From the NCBI GenBank assembly GCA_012295275.1, contig CM022665.1:26350001-26414000 (forward strand): a DNA stretch of 64,000 nt. The letters run 5' to 3'. Source of the DNA: Chrysomallon squamiferum (Eukaryota > Animalia > Mollusca). The position numbers were made by a program, and so were the translations under genes. The notes below the pieces were generated by a model. That model did no database searches and was not told where the DNA came from. It saw only the letters and a program-made list of their open reading frames with translations. Below are positions 1-15,179 of the stretch, piece by piece; position 1 is the stretch's first letter, and every line of letters starts with the position of its first letter.

Positions 1-1929
1 AGAAAGAAAATAAAACACCTCCTTAGACAGAAACAGTCCTGTGTTTTCTAAGCCTCTGTTGCTGTCTTTTTAAAAAAAAAAAAAATTTCTTTCAAAAATT
101 ATTTACTCCCAGGCATAACTGACTTCAGAAAGAGAATTAATGTGTGTCCTTATGAATACTTCTTTGTGCTGATTTTATACACTGAAATACACATACCTTT
201 AGATGACTGAAGGATAACGTATGCACCAGTTTTCACTGTTGATGATATATACAACCATAATGTTGTGGCATGTTGCTTTTACACACACCCACACACACAC
301 ACCCACACACAGACACAGAGGCACACACATCTACATAACATGTATTTTATTACAAGTCTAGGTAATAATAGGGTATGCAATTTTTAAATTTAAAAACAAA
401 AAGAAAGAAGCATCTCCCAAAAGTGACAACAAAACTGATTCAAAAACAGGACAAACAGCAGATAAATGATGTTCAGTTGTGTGCACCATTCAAAATCTGT
501 ATTAAGTAATCTACTTCATCTACCAGATTTCTGATTGGCTTCTAAATTACCTAACCAAACTAAACTGTTTTCTGTTAGAATACTCTGTTATTTCATCCCT
601 GCATTTTTCTTACATGTATATATATGTGTGTGTGTATGCATGTGTCTGTATATATGTGTGTATACACACACACACATATATACATGTTATTATATATAAT
701 TATATTACATATTGAATAACATTAATATATTTTTAGATTTTCTTTCCTTCATTTTAACATTAGATCAAATTCATAGATAAATTAATGTCAACAAAAGAAA
801 AGAGAAAAGAAAAACAAAAGCAATATAGAAATACAAGGACATGAAAGGAAAAACATGCAATAAAAATAAATAAACAAGCTATTTAGAAATATACTTCATT
901 ATATTTTTATTAATGTAACACGTGTTTGGAATTATATGCCCTTGAATGCACACACAAATATGGATGATGTTTCAAAGGTTCCCTGGTTACCTGATAACTG
1001 CTGTTTGAAGATCATGTACCAGCAACTGATGTGAATTTGATTATATACTTGTTACCATCTGTTATAATGGCCTGCCTTGTTTATTTTCTGAATGTTTCTG
1101 GTATTGCTGCAATGACTGGCTTGTACAAATATGACTACGTTAACAACATAAATATGGCTGATGTTGGTTGCACTACTTGTTTGCAGATGTCAAGAATGAA
1201 ATTAAAGTAAATAAATAAAAAAATATGTAAGAATCAAATGAAGTAAAATAATGATGATAATTATGATGATGATGATGTTGACAGATGAAAATAACAGCAA
1301 AAATAATAATAGTTATAATGATAAAAACAGTTATAATGGTAAAAACAGCATGATAATACATTTTTTTTTTTAATAATAAATTAAAAAAACCAGCAATAAC
1401 CATGACAGAATTAAATAAATACACTGGAAAAAGAATTCATATATATATATATATGCATATTACTGAAAAGTGGTTACACTTCACATAAAAATATAAAAAC
1501 ATATGTTGTTTTGCTTCTTAATGGCTTTCCTTGAAATAAATCCTCAATCTATAAACAGTGGCAGCTAGCCATCAGTATTTGGCCATTTTGTCAGGTATAT
1601 TTGTGTATATCACCTGTGCCAATCTACATTAATTTGAAGAAGTTATAACAGATATGTTTTAAATGTACATTGGTAACAGCTGCCAGGTTATTGAAATATA
1701 TCATCACCACAAAAACCTCTCTATATAAAGGACCCATACTTGTATGTAAAGGGCACTGATGTCAGTAGAAAGGTATACAACCTTTATGTAATAGGTATAA
1801 ATATTTGTTTAATTGTTTCAAGGCTGTCTTCTGAATATATTTGTGTTGAGGTCTATGTTATAAATCCAGATGACAAAACAAAACTTTTTGATATAGCTTT
1901 TTTCTGGCAAAGGCAAACTAATACTAAGG

Positions 1930-2235
1930 TACTACCATAACTAATACTACTACAGTTACTACTACTGCCACTACTACTATTGCTGCCATAGCCACAACTA
2001 CAACCATTATCTCTACTACTATACTGCTATTATTACAAAAACTGCAGTTATTATTAATAGGAATAGCAACAGCAACAATAATTATAGTAGTAGTAGTAAT
2101 AATAATGGTGATGGTTGTAATAATACTAGTAATACTGTAGGAATAGTAATTGTGGTAGTACTGTAGCAATAGTAGTGGGGTTAATAATAATGGTAATATA
2201 GCAGTAATAGTTGTAGCAATAATAATAGTACTTCC
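1930..2235. repeat. Degenerate trinucleotide low-complexity tract (ACT/TAG/AAT)
   Basis: Runs of actact, tagtag and aataat. It accounts for the spurious ORF 1924-2241. Confidence 0.85.
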
Positions 2236-3815
2236 AGACACAGATAATTCATAAAGCTGTCAAGATATTCGTAAAAATACTGAACAAGTGCAAGTGTAAT
2301 AATATTAAAACTGGTTTTGAGTAATATTTAAAGAATATTTATAATAATTAAACACAAATGTCAGTTTTTTTAGTGAATCATCGTTTGAAAGTAATAATTG
2401 TGGAACCTGCAGTTCACTGTTTTATTTAATTTTGGCTAGTTATTATATGTAAGTTGCTTAAGGTGCCACAATTCAGATACTGCTACAGATTCTTATAACA
2501 TTTCATTTAATCATGATGAGTAAGGATTTGCACTTAATAGGAGATAAACACCTGAAAACTTGACTCAAGTACTAAATTCATAGTTGGACTCTTAATCTTC
2601 ACTGTCAGTGTCTGTTTTGAATAAAACTCACTTTCTTTTGTTCTTACAAGACTGGATTAATGAAATTTCTGTATTTTTAAATAATATATATATATTCAGT
2701 TATTCATGTTAATTAAATACAATGATGACATTTATTTTCTATAACTGAACAACTATGTATATTAATGCTTTATTGAAATAATAATAATAGAAAAAAATTA
2801 AGAAACAAAAAGATATATTTTATTTTAATGCTGACAAAGTATTTAGATAGGTTGTAAAAAGTGCACTATTTAAAAAAAATTATTAATGTCTCGGAAAGCA
2901 TCTGTGAAAAATATAAAAATATAATCTGTTATGCAACTGTTAATTATTTTTTTATTTCACTTCAGTACACACATTTATTTATAGTAACTATTATTTAAAA
3001 AAAATAAAATAAAAATAAAAAAACAGCTTTAAATAGAATACAATAATCTTTAATTATAAAAGGAAATGTTTGATAATTTTAATGATTAATATTTCTGCTG
3101 TTGCTGTTCAGTGAAAATTATTGTGTGTACAATCTGTATTAAAACTTGTCACTAAGGAATAGATTATAATTCAGTGAAGAGTGAGGACACTCATAGTCAG
3201 TTCATCTTCCAGTCTTAGTCAATGCCCCAAGACTTGTTATCTAACACTGTGGTATGTGCTTCCCTGTCTGAGGAAAGATTTACATGTAAACAAATCCCTT
3301 GCTTCTAATTAAAATGTCACACATATTTCTGAAAGAGAAACAATTGAAATGAATTTCTGTGTTTTATGTTCTGTGTTCTACATTTTCTAAACTATCTCAC
3401 TAATATTCTATTGTATAACACCAAAGTAAAGAAAAGTTCTGGTTTTCTGCATGTTATAAGCTATCTCACTTTTGAATATTCTGTTGTATAATATCAAAGG
3501 AAAAAAAAATTCTGTGATCTAGACACACTAAAATACCTCACTGATGGGATCACCAATTAACCCATGTATTCACTACTGTTCTGTCAATATTTGCTGTGTT
3601 TCTCTGAGAACTGCTATTTAAACATTTAACTCATCTGAAATGAACAGATGATGTTGTCTGAGTGGGGCTCTCACACAAATGAACAGCATACTGAGATAAT
3701 TTTAGTTGTAATCTAAGTAATGACTCAACACTGGGATTCAGTAATAAAGTGTTGTGTCAATACACTGCTGCATTGTAAGTGGAGTTTTCACTTTTAGAGT
3801 CTGAATGATAAAAAT

Positions 3816-3818
<3 letters not shown>

Positions 3819-3856
<38 letters not shown>
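3819..3856. repeat. (GA)n microsatellite; left boundary of duplication copy 1
   Basis: Perfect GA run at about 3819-3856. Confidence 0.95.
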
Positions 3857-3859
<3 letters not shown>

Positions 3860-6800
3860 TTATTGCTTTTAAAAAATATAATTTTGATGTACTGTTGTAT
3901 AACCAGATTATTAAATGTTGTGTGCATTCTTCTGGTGTTTGTGTGCTGAATGTGTGTATGTCTATACATGTACACACACACACACACACACACACAAATA
4001 AATTAACACACCATCCTGTGTTGATATTTTATTTATATATATACTGCTGTGTATAACTGTTTATAATTTTATCTGTGCATCAATTTTCCTTCACACATGT
4101 CCTTCGGGTGATAAACTTTTATTTTTTCAACATCAGTTATTGAGATTTAATGTATTCAAAGGCCATTCATGTGAATCATGGTTATTTTAATACTGAATAT
4201 GGTATTTTCCTTGTTATTTGTCCTACATTATCATATTTGAGTTAGCTCACATATCTTGTGTGTTTTACTATGTTCACAGTCTGTAAGTATATTTTTTTAC
4301 TGTTCAAGACAAAGGATATAATATATTATGGATTGTTAGGAAAGTATGTATGGTGTGAGGACATACATTAAGATATGATTTGTGTGATATTTTTATAACT
4401 TGAAAAAATGTGTTTGAGTTTATAAGTATATTTGTGCTTGTATGTTGAGTGTTTGTCTACATATCTTCGTGTTTTGGGGTTGTTTGTGTTTGTATGTATA
4501 TATGTCTATGTTTATATATGTGTGTGTGTGTGTGTATATGTGTATGTTTGTGTATATGAATTTGTAAATTTGTGTGTGTTGTGTATGTGTGTGTTTGTCT
4601 TTGTGTATGTATGCACCTTTGTGGTTTTGGTTTGTTAATATTTGTGTTTTTGGTGTGTGCAAATGTTTATGTGTGTGTGTGTGTATGGTAACTGAATAAT
4701 GCTCTAATAATTATCAAGCAGAATTCTGTAAAACAGAATAATAAAATTTCTAAAATGAATTATAATAAAACATGTTGTTTTCTTTAAATAAACCAGAATC
4801 CCTTTAAGACTGCACCATATTGTTTCACAGTATTGGCAGCTGTTTTTATACAAATGTAGCTACAGAATTACATTCAAGTTAAATTCAGTTATTCAGTTTG
4901 TGCTCAATCTGTGTAAAACTTTTTAAAATCCACAGAGTCTCAGATTTTTTACTAGTATCAAGATCTGCTGACCTCTCTATATTTTATTGGTACAAAGATC
5001 AACCGATTTTTTGATTTTTACTAGTACTATATGAGCCACAGATTTTAGATTTTGTATTTACTAGGATTAAGATCTTTAATTTTTTAGACTACTACTGATG
5101 TCTATAGAACTCTTAGAGCCTTGATTTAAACTAGGACTGACAAATCTCTGAATATTTTTGTAATTCCAAAGATGTTTAGAACTCATTATTATTTTCTTAC
5201 TAGTACTAAAATCCACATATTTCTGAATATTTTATGGTTTGTTTATTGTTGGGTGTTTTTTTTTGAAAGAAATATATCAGTGATCATGTGGAAGAAAGTA
5301 CTCTGCTGCTAGTGCCAAAGCCAGCTTCATCATTCTCTCTGAACTAAACTTTATTTACACTCTGGCCATAATTCAGAGGTATCTGAAGGACTCTGTATAA
5401 ATATAAATACTAAGTACATAATTGACAAGATGGCACATTCGTTATAGTAATGATGTACATCAGATAATTAAAGGTGTAAACATGTAACTGTATCTATAGA
5501 TGTATACATGTATTTACAGATGAAGAGACTATATACACATAAAAATATTATATTTCAGGCTTGGGACTTATGATTATTCTTAATTATCTTGCTGAAAAGA
5601 GCTAGCTTTTGAAGGACACCTGTTTTTATTTTTTATTATTATTTTTTTTTTCACAGTTAAGAGCCATTTTACTGACTACTTTGTCGGAAGTCTTTTCCTC
5701 TCCTGGTCACTGTGTGAATAAGAAATGTGGGTCTTGTAAGTAAGACTGCAGCCAGTCAGTGATTCAGAGTTCTCAGTTCCAGTTTACTGGTCAATCAAGC
5801 ACTGATCCCTTCCGATTAGAACCTGATTAATTAATTACATGTCCAATAATGATCATCCTGATTTGTTTAATGGGATTGGCCCTGCACTAAGCTGTTTACT
5901 TTAATATAAAACTGATAAAAGGATATTAATTTGTGGAAATGAGGCTTTATCAACAATTAGTCTGTCTTTTGTCCCTCAGTTTATGTATTGTGAATACCAG
6001 ATAATTTGGACATAAACTGAAATTTATCATCTACTTGTCTGTTGTTGGTTTTTTTTAAAATATTTTAAAATGTGTTTAAGAACATATTTTATTATTTAAA
6101 AAAAGTTCTGTCCAAAAGACTGAATAGATATTAAACATACTTGCCATGTCAGATGTATTCAGTACTTTGCCTATCTGTATGTATGTGTGTATGTGTGTGT
6201 TTATACACTATATATGTAAGTGTGTGTATGTATGCATATATATGTATTGGTTAATAATATGTAAATATGTACATGTGTTTGCATTGTTTATGATAATATG
6301 TAGAAATGAAAGTACCATAAAATATTATTTTCATTATTTTGTTAATTTCTTACTTATTATGCAAAACACATGACACACGTACACAAAAAGAAGTGTTTTG
6401 GTTTGTATAATTTTATTTAAAGAACATTTGAGGCAGGACAGTATCAGGATCTGTTATCCAGGGGTTTTCCCATTCTGACAATTACTCCTTGACATGTTTG
6501 TTAAAGTTATAATGAAACTGTTTTCTTATAAAAGATTCCTTGATGCTAAGTGATGTAAGTAGCCCATGAACTGTGTCATACCTCTGTCATTTCTTTGATA
6601 TAAAAACAATATCACTGGCACCTAATACTTTTTAGTACTAAAACATACTGGAATGAGCATTAAAAAGATATACATAAATAAATATATTTTAATAACTGTA
6701 TTAAAATAATACATTTGACCTTGCACAGTCTGTTAACTCAGTTTGGTTAGTGTCATCATCATTTAAACCCACAACTCACAGACAGACTGTTAGCAGGTGT

Positions 6801-6912
6801 AATTAACTTTACTCAACTCAGTCATCTAGCTCTTCTTGAACTCAGTACCTGTAGCCTTGAAGCAAACATTGCCAGCTACCATGTTTAATGATATTACTTC
6901 AGGTAATTTTTT
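3848..6912 (+). repeat. ~3.05-kb direct duplication, copy 1 (probable source)
   Basis: Colinear and near-identical to 32927-35957, from agagagagaaatttattgcttt to gatattacttcaggtaatttttt, with scattered substitutions and small indels. Confidence 0.97.
4925..5232. repeat. Diverged short-period minisatellite (roughly 35-40 bp units with a ttttactagtact/aatccacaga-like core); also present in copy 2 at about 33980-34290
   Basis: Recurring tttttactagta / tttactagga and ccacaga motifs. Confidence 0.65.
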
Positions 6913-7535
6913 CTTCATTGGGTAAACTCTAGTATAGTTAGCTTCTACAAAAAATAACTTTATCATTTGAATCCACAGCCCATCAGTCTAGAACCAGATT
7001 ATTGCCCAACCTCCAGGTTACACTAGTATTTTTCAAAAAGAGTTTAACAGAAATCATTTCAGATTCAATTACAACGTGCTTCATTAGGTGCATTCTTCAT
7101 CATTTGAACTTGGCGTATATGATCTTGAACCAAAGTTACCAATCTCCATGTTTTAGCCAACATGTCTCAAAATATGTTTAACTGATATTCCTTCAGGTAC
7201 AAAGATAAATTCATTAGATAAACTCTAGTGCTTCTAGAAAAAAGTAGCTTCATCATTTGAACTCAGTATATATGGTCTTGAAACAAAATTGCCAACCTTT
7301 TTGTTTCAGCTAACACTTCTCAAAATGTGCTGTTAAACTGATGTCCCTTCAGACACAATCACAGAGTACTTCATTGGGTAATCTCTAGTGCTTTTGTAAA
7401 AAAATAGCTTCATCATTTGAACTCACAAGCCATCAGTCTAGAACCAGACTTCAACTGACATTTCAGCCAAAATGAGTTTAACTGATATCACTTCAGGTAC
7501 AGTCACAAATGAATTGCTTCAGTGGGTAAAACTCT
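6835..7535. repeat. Diverged tandem array of about 5 units (~130-160 bp)
   Basis: Recurring blocks: catcatttgaactc, catcagtctagaaccaga, tttaactgatat..cttcaggtac, ttcattgggtaaactctagt. Confidence 0.8.
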
Positions 7536-8859
7536 TTTAATGTGTGGTATAGGCTCACATTGCATAATCTGCTGCATGCTAACTAGGAGATTTGCAGACT
7601 GTGAGAAGTGGCTACCTGGAGTGAAGTTATTCCATCAAAGAATTTGCCCCTCAAGCAGAAGATAAGGTCAAACTGCTTCAGTGCCTCTTGTTAACAACTT
7701 CACCCACTTGGTTCTGAGAATGTTCACTCATTTACATTATCAACAAGCAAGAACTCCCAGCACCCAGTAATTTGTTACAGCATGAGAACGTGTTTAGTCC
7801 TGCTCTTTCTGTAATAAATAAATAAACAAATATTTGTGTTTAACAAGTTGTCGGCACATTTTAATATTTAGCAGTATTAGGTTTCAAAGATATTGATGTT
7901 GTATAATGATAATATAATCAAAGAAACAGCCTATGAATTATTCTTAACAACTAGGGATTTTTCAAGGTTTTTGATAAACTTGTCATACAGAACTGATTGG
8001 AACTGTGAAACACTGATGATTCTGTGACTAGGCCTTCTATTTAATTAGCTACAGTCCACTCTTTTCTTTAATCTCTAAATTTGTTCTTTCTTTTTCTCTG
8101 TCATCATCTTTATTTCTCTGTTTTTATCTGTGTTTCCGTATCTTTGTTTTTTCTCTCAGTCTCACTCTCTCACCCCCCCAAACAGACACACACACCCTCA
8201 CATATGCACACACAAACTGCTAATATATTTCATAAAATATTTATTTCTGCATTATTATCTTTCTTTCTAGTTGAAAATTTAAACATTTTACTAATTCATT
8301 ATTAATTTTAAACATCATCTGTCAGTAAAACTGTATTTTTTTTTAAATTGTTTTTATCATATTCATCAGACCAGCAGGACGCATTTTTGACATAAATATG
8401 CTAATGCAGCTATGACCGTGAGAATGTGTGTGTAAACCAGTTCTGCATGAGACATATAAAATAAGTGTGTTCACTTGCTGAACCTTGTTATCCACTAGAT
8501 GTTACGTGCCCACAATAAATTATCACGGATGACATTACGTTACTCCTTTCTATGACCATTTTCTGTGTAAAGTTCATATTTGCTTAATCACCTTGAAAAA
8601 CAGCTTGACAGCTTTTGATCACACTCCACAGAAACCATAATCAGGTTGTAGGTTAAATTAGGTTCATGCCACCTAGACTCACCTTTATATCTTTTCTAGT
8701 GAAATATGTGACAAAGATCTGTGCCACTTGCTTCTGCAAATTTTTCTTAAGGTCCCACACCCATTGTTGTTGTAGATATTATTGTTATTATCATTATTGC
8801 TAATTAATATAAATTTTTTTGCTTGCTTGTTGATATTGTTCTTTTTATTATTTTATTTT

Positions 8860-9110
8860 AATTTATTTTATTATTAATGTTATTTTATTAATATTATTAT
8901 TATTATATTTATTTTGTTATTATTACAAAATTATCATTATAATAACTGTTATTTTGTTAGTATTATAATTATTAGATTATTATTATTATCATCATTATTG
9001 TTGTTGCTGTTGTTGTTATTATTATTTTTATTTTTATTATTGTTGTTGTTATCATTGTCATCATTATTATTACCATTATTACTACTACTACTACTACTAC
9101 TACTACTTTG
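8860..9110. repeat. Compound (TTA)/(TTG)/(CTA) microsatellite
   Basis: Seen directly. It accounts for the poly-Leu ORF 8914-9111. Confidence 0.9.
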
Positions 9111-10446
9111 AATATTCCTTAATACCTTAATCTTCTCTTATTTATTAATTTCTAAGTAATCACAGTTCTTAATCACCAATCAGAATTATAGTGATTTATT
9201 GGTCCAGTTTTCTAGTAAGGATAATTTCACGCTTAAGAAAGTGTGAAACATTGTATTAGTAAGTAATAGGTAGTAATTAACACCTGTCCAAGTGGATTTG
9301 GAAAATAACTGGTCATTTTATATTAAACCTCTATGTTTATGTGTTGTTAGTTTTAATTATTAAAAACATTGTGTATGTTATTTTATTCAGTATAAATGTA
9401 CTTGATGTCAAAATCAAAAATTCAGATAAATCTTTGGAATCAAAAACTCTGTAAATGAGATTTATAATTTGATTTAAAAAACAAAACAAAACAACCATAA
9501 CTTATTTCTTTAACTGTATCATATAATTCAACTTCAATTGTGATGTTGCACCGAACTGAAACACAGGACAGTAGCAAATATAACTGGAAGAATAAAAAAA
9601 AAAAAAAAAAAACAACAAACCCTTAGGAAAAAAAAGAAACAGTAAAAAAAAAAATCAAAAGAAAAACATTAAATAACATACACATGGAATTGTCATACAC
9701 AAGTCAAGAGTCATTTAGTTAATATTAACAAAGGGTCTTATTCTTCATTTCTTTTATTTAAATGTCTTCCATTATCTACACTTTGATGTCTGAAAAGATA
9801 ATAAGTGCAATGCACTACACTTCACAGTTCACAGCAAATTATTTTTATTATTTTTTCTCCTTGTAATGGCTTACGTTTCATTACTGATGCAAAAATACTA
9901 CCATAACTTAGGCAGGTTTTTTTTTTTTTTTTTTTTTTAATCCTTATTATGTTGTGGATATCATTGTTTTTGTTTTTGTTGTTGTTGTTATTTTTTTTTT
10001 TTTTTTTTTTTTTATGGAAATTCAGATCTGGTTTTGTAAGTATAATAGTATTATAATGCAGACTAATATACAGATAAAAGAAAAATATACTTTAAGGGGT
10101 AGACTTTTGTTTTTGTTTTTGATTATTATTATTATTTTTTTAATAAATTCTTAAATTTTATTTGTTTTAATACTGTTATTATTACTCTTCCGTTTGTTGT
10201 TGTTTTATTAATGCACTTGGGAAAAAGAACTGGTGGATTTATTTTAAAAACATTGGTATTTAATTTAAAAAATAATAAAAAAAAATTAAAAAAAGTATTA
10301 AAATAAATATAAATAAATTATTTAATTAAAAAAAAAATATATATATATATAAAAAAAAAAAAAAAAAAAAAAAAATATCATAATTATATAACAATTATTT
10401 CTATAATATGTTTACATAATTTACATAAATCATTGTACCAAAGAAT

Positions 10447-10485
<39 letters not shown>

Positions 10486-10659
10486 TTTTTCCAAAAATCA
10501 CCAACAAAATATTTTAATTACATCAACTTGTTTATTAATTTTTCATGCACACAGGTGTGTAAACTTAATTAACTCTTTCTGTTTACAGTTCATAAATACC
10601 TACATTTAAATTAATTATCATACCTCCAACAGACACACCCAGCCTCTAAATACCTTTAC

Positions 10660-11080
10660 TTTTACCTGTGAATACCTGAATACCTGGCCAAACAAAGGTG
10701 AAGGTCAGTAATGATTTACATTTCCACAGTCCATTGATTTCCTGTCGGGGGTCAACTGGGTTTTAAGTAGTACAAAGGTAGTGTCTTTTTATTTGAAAGC
10801 TGGCGGCGAAATCGAGACAATGATTGTGGCATTATCCAAGTCTGAAAAGCGGTAATTTGTGATAGTTCTACCATCTGCAGAGATAAAGTCCTAATTTTGT
10901 GTCCACATGTTCGAATGACATCAAAAATACAGGTTAGTCACATGCTTGACAAATGACACATTTAATCTAAGTTTTGTATGTCGTATACACAGTGTGTTCG
11001 TAGTCAGTGTTATGTGTGTTAGGTGAGTATTAGTAAAACAGGTACAATGTACCACATACCTGTATAAATACCTGTTTGTC
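10660..11080. promoter_or_regulatory. Candidate promoter / first non-coding exon with retained CpG and clustered CAGGTA motifs
   Basis: About 8 CpGs in 10745-11000 amid CpG-depleted DNA. Six exact TACCTG/CAGGTA hexamers. A consensus donor ag|gtgagt at 11022/11023 on the + strand. Confidence 0.45.
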
Positions 11081-14000
11081 CACCATATGTATGAGTTATT
11101 TTTTGTTCACCAGTTGTTTGATTTTATTATTAGAGTATAAATATTACTTGTTTACCGATAATATTACACAGGTCATTTAAAACCAACAGTTGATATAAAG
11201 TTTAAAAACATTTATTTATCCATTACAATCTAGTGAATAAATTGTAGCAAGTATAATTTTACCATAATATCCTGTAAAGGTCTGAAATTTATAATTAACT
11301 CAAAGTATTTAAAGGTTTATTGACATAATAATATCTTGTCATTTATTTTCACACTCTTTTCTAATGTTGATGTGTTAATTTCAGCATGGATTTTCTAGTA
11401 TGTTTATTGACAAATTGGAAACAATTGGCACTGTTTTAAACATTACAAACTTGTATGAAAAGAGAATTATTGATTGAACTGTTTAGTAAGCTGTATGTTT
11501 GTAAACGTGTATCACACAGCAGTAGATAGACATAATTTTGTATCTTATTACTGTTTAACTTTCTAAAGTTTTTTAATCTAAATTAATTTATTTATAGATT
11601 TAAGAAATATTTGCAAGGTTTAATGTTAAATAACATTTATTTTGGGATGATAAACTTTTTAGAAAGAGTGTACCAAAGTGTAAATCACTTAATGAAAAAT
11701 TATATTGCTTGCCAGGTGTTGTTGTTCTAGCAGCAACATTAGCAGTAGTGGTGTAGGTGGTAGTAGTAGTAGTAGTAGTGGGAGTATTAATGGCAGTATT
11801 AGAAGTATTCTAGTAGTAATAGCAACAGTAGTTGTAGTAGTAGTTGTGGTTGTAGAAATACCATGCTAGTATTTTTTCAATATTTTAATGGAAAAAGCAG
11901 ACAAAAATATTTTATAAATATTTTATGAGAGGCAGGGAACAGATACTACATCTTCATAGTGTTGGTGATAGAGCACTGGTTGGAATTGAAAAAATGTCAC
12001 TGAGGCAGCTATGACCTCACACCTCGCATAAAAACACTACATCACTTCTTTACTGGCATGCTTATTAAAGTCTGTGTAGTAATGTGAATATACCAAATCT
12101 GTATATGCATTTAAAGCTGTGTGTGTAGCTGACTTAATTGTCAGGGGTAATTTTTATACACGTCTTTGTTTTCATATTTCTTTTCATACAGGCTTAGATT
12201 GATTGCAAACTCACCATACAAACAATGATTGTTTGACTGTTTTATGACAGGAAATTACTATTTGTATCTGCTGATGGATGCTTTCAAACATGTCCTGCAG
12301 GAAGTGTTAAAAGAAAAACACACCCAGCTCTAGTTTTTGTCTTATCTAGTTTCATACTAGTATACTCACAAATGTTCACAGACTCACATACACGCATACT
12401 GACAGGCAAGCACAACTAAAACACACACACACACACACACAAAACAAACAAATAAGATATGTAATTACATACAGATATATAATACACACACATATATATA
12501 TACACACACACGCACACAAACACACACACAGATATGTAATTACATACAGATATATAACATACACACAAATGCACAAAAACACTAAGACCCCCACAATAAA
12601 CATGCATCAGATGTGCACGCAAATATATCTAACATAAACAAAAAAAAAAGAGTATTTTTGTTTCTTTTTTCTTTTTGATATCAACTGAATATGCAACATC
12701 TGTTGAAATATTTAAACAAAAAAGATCATATGACCAGAATTAATACTATTGCAACATTTGTATTGTGGAGTATTTCATTCTTCAGGGTTTTTTTTTTTGT
12801 TGTTAGAATTATATGTGTGTATTTTCTTCAACAGAATGATCTGGTAATTACAACAATTTTATTCTTGTTGTTCTATCAGTTGTCATAGAGATGTGATGTG
12901 ACAAATAACATGTATTAAATGCTTTGTACCCATACCATGATACAGCATTATCACAATTAAAAACTGTACACCATTTCTGTTTTTGCTAGTGAATTGGCAA
13001 TACAAGTGATATTTGTTTCTGTTGTATTTTGGTAGTTTGACTTTATAACTAATTGTTCAAATGTCATTTTAATGATAGTACATATTAATAAAAAGCTAAC
13101 AAACTGATTAGCAACATTTTAAATTATTTGCCCCTCTGTTTAAAATAGGTGGCAACGCACATAATTTGTTTTTGCAAATTGTAGATAGCAGTTTAAGAGA
13201 CGTTTGATAATAATACAAGAAATATGATATATGGCATAAAAACAAATAAATAAATGTATGTGAATGTGTGTGTCTGTGTGTCCACATATCATGTAATTAG
13301 TTGACATTTCATCATTTCACACAACCACGTTTTGTACTTTCACAAGGACATTAATTGTCCTGTACAGACATCCTCCTTTGCCAAAGGCTATATCCTTTGC
13401 ATCTTAATCTAACAGGACAACTGGACACTTAATTTCTGACCTCCATGTATTAATTAACCTTTTTATCATAACAGTCTTCTTTATTGTTTGGTGATTGCAT
13501 AAACTAACAGACTAAAACTTTATGCAACTAGTGTTAAATTTGTTAGGCTAATTGAGATATTTATATACACTGCTGTGTGGAATACCAGTTTGTAATAATT
13601 ATATTCAGTATACATCAAGTATTTAAGTTTTTGTTATAGTTCATATCTACATATATTGTGACCTACATACAATACTCCTTTTTTTTTTTTCTTCCTTTAA
13701 TATATATATGAGTCATATTAATTTTATACATTTTGTGTAAGTTGTTTACATCATAAATGTTAAACAGAAATATTGACTTTATTATTATTATTTTTTATCA
13801 TTTTAAGATGGAATTTGCTGAAACTTAATAACTATTATATTGCAGTTACAGCAAATTTTGTTTATTTTACTTTTTAAAGTGGATGTTTGTTTTTTTCACA
13901 CCTGTAGATGTTTGTATTATTTATTGTCATTTAATATAGTTGATAGAAGCAATGGCAGAGGTATAAAGCAATAAATAATACAAACATCTGTAGCTAACTC

Positions 14001-15141
14001 TTTAACAGTCATATAGCTGACACCTTTAGCTATATAATTCAGTCCCTATTTGTTCTGTGCTGAAACTAGTTTTTGTTGTGTTTTTGTCTTATTTTTTTAC
14101 TTTCTTTTCCATTTCGTTATTCTGCAATATACATTTAGCTTATTATCATACTGATTTATACACTCAAGTTTAAATACATTACAATGACAGCTTGAGGAGG
14201 TTAGTGAGTTAAAAAGTTTTCAAAATCCAATGTTAGTGCTCACCTGTCTGTGCAAATGTTTGTCTAAAAGACCTCTTGCTGTTAAGTGAAACAGTGTTTC
14301 TTCTTTAATTATTTCAGTAGTTTGAATAATTTGTAAAATCATTTTTTTCATTTTTTTTAATTTTTTTTTCATGTTGTAGAATCAGCTTTATAACCCTACA
14401 TAGCATTGACAGAAAAAGTTGTATACTGACAAATATATCCATGATGCTGAGAAACAGGCATGGAAATGGATACATGTAACTTTTACCATATTTTATCAGA
14501 AAACAGTTCAAGCATCCCTGACATGGGTTCAGTGTCTAGAGGGAGTTCTCACATGGAAATAGTTTGAGACTCCTACTAGGTGTTCAGGGAAGATGCATGT
14601 GGCTACTTGCTATGTAAATTATTAATTGAAAACCTCCGAAGAGTTGTTAAAACAATTAATCTTCCATGTTTTGACATGTCAGAGGTGTGGTGGTCAGTGT
14701 CGGAGACAAACAGCACTCTTCTGACACAAAACTGACACAACTTCACATTAGTTACTGTAAAAACTACAGAGCACTTTTCTGATACAAACTGTATTTGAAT
14801 GTGATGAAATATGGCCAAGAATTTAATTCAATAATATATTCAGAAAGCACGACCTGTAACTTAATCAGGTGAAATATGCAGATGTTTCAGATGTCTTTCA
14901 AATGAGGGGAACTGTGTAATGTGTCACTTCCAGATGATTAGTTTGCTTTCATTGGTTCCAGTTAGTCAAGTGTTATCTGCGAGATATGCTTGCTTGCAAC
15001 ATACGTGCTAAGTAATAACATACTAATTTACTGAGAAAATTGCTGAACATTTTTGTAGTCTTGTCTAAAGATACTGATATAAATGTATTTAAATACATAA
15101 TAAAAAGAAAAGAATTGTTGAGGGCAGATAAGAACTTTTTA

Positions 15142-15179
<38 letters not shown>

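Noticed and set aside
7540-7810. Higher-GC block with a minus-strand acceptor and donor as a coding exon
   Set aside because: All three minus-strand frames have stops, and I found only a short ORF on the plus strand.
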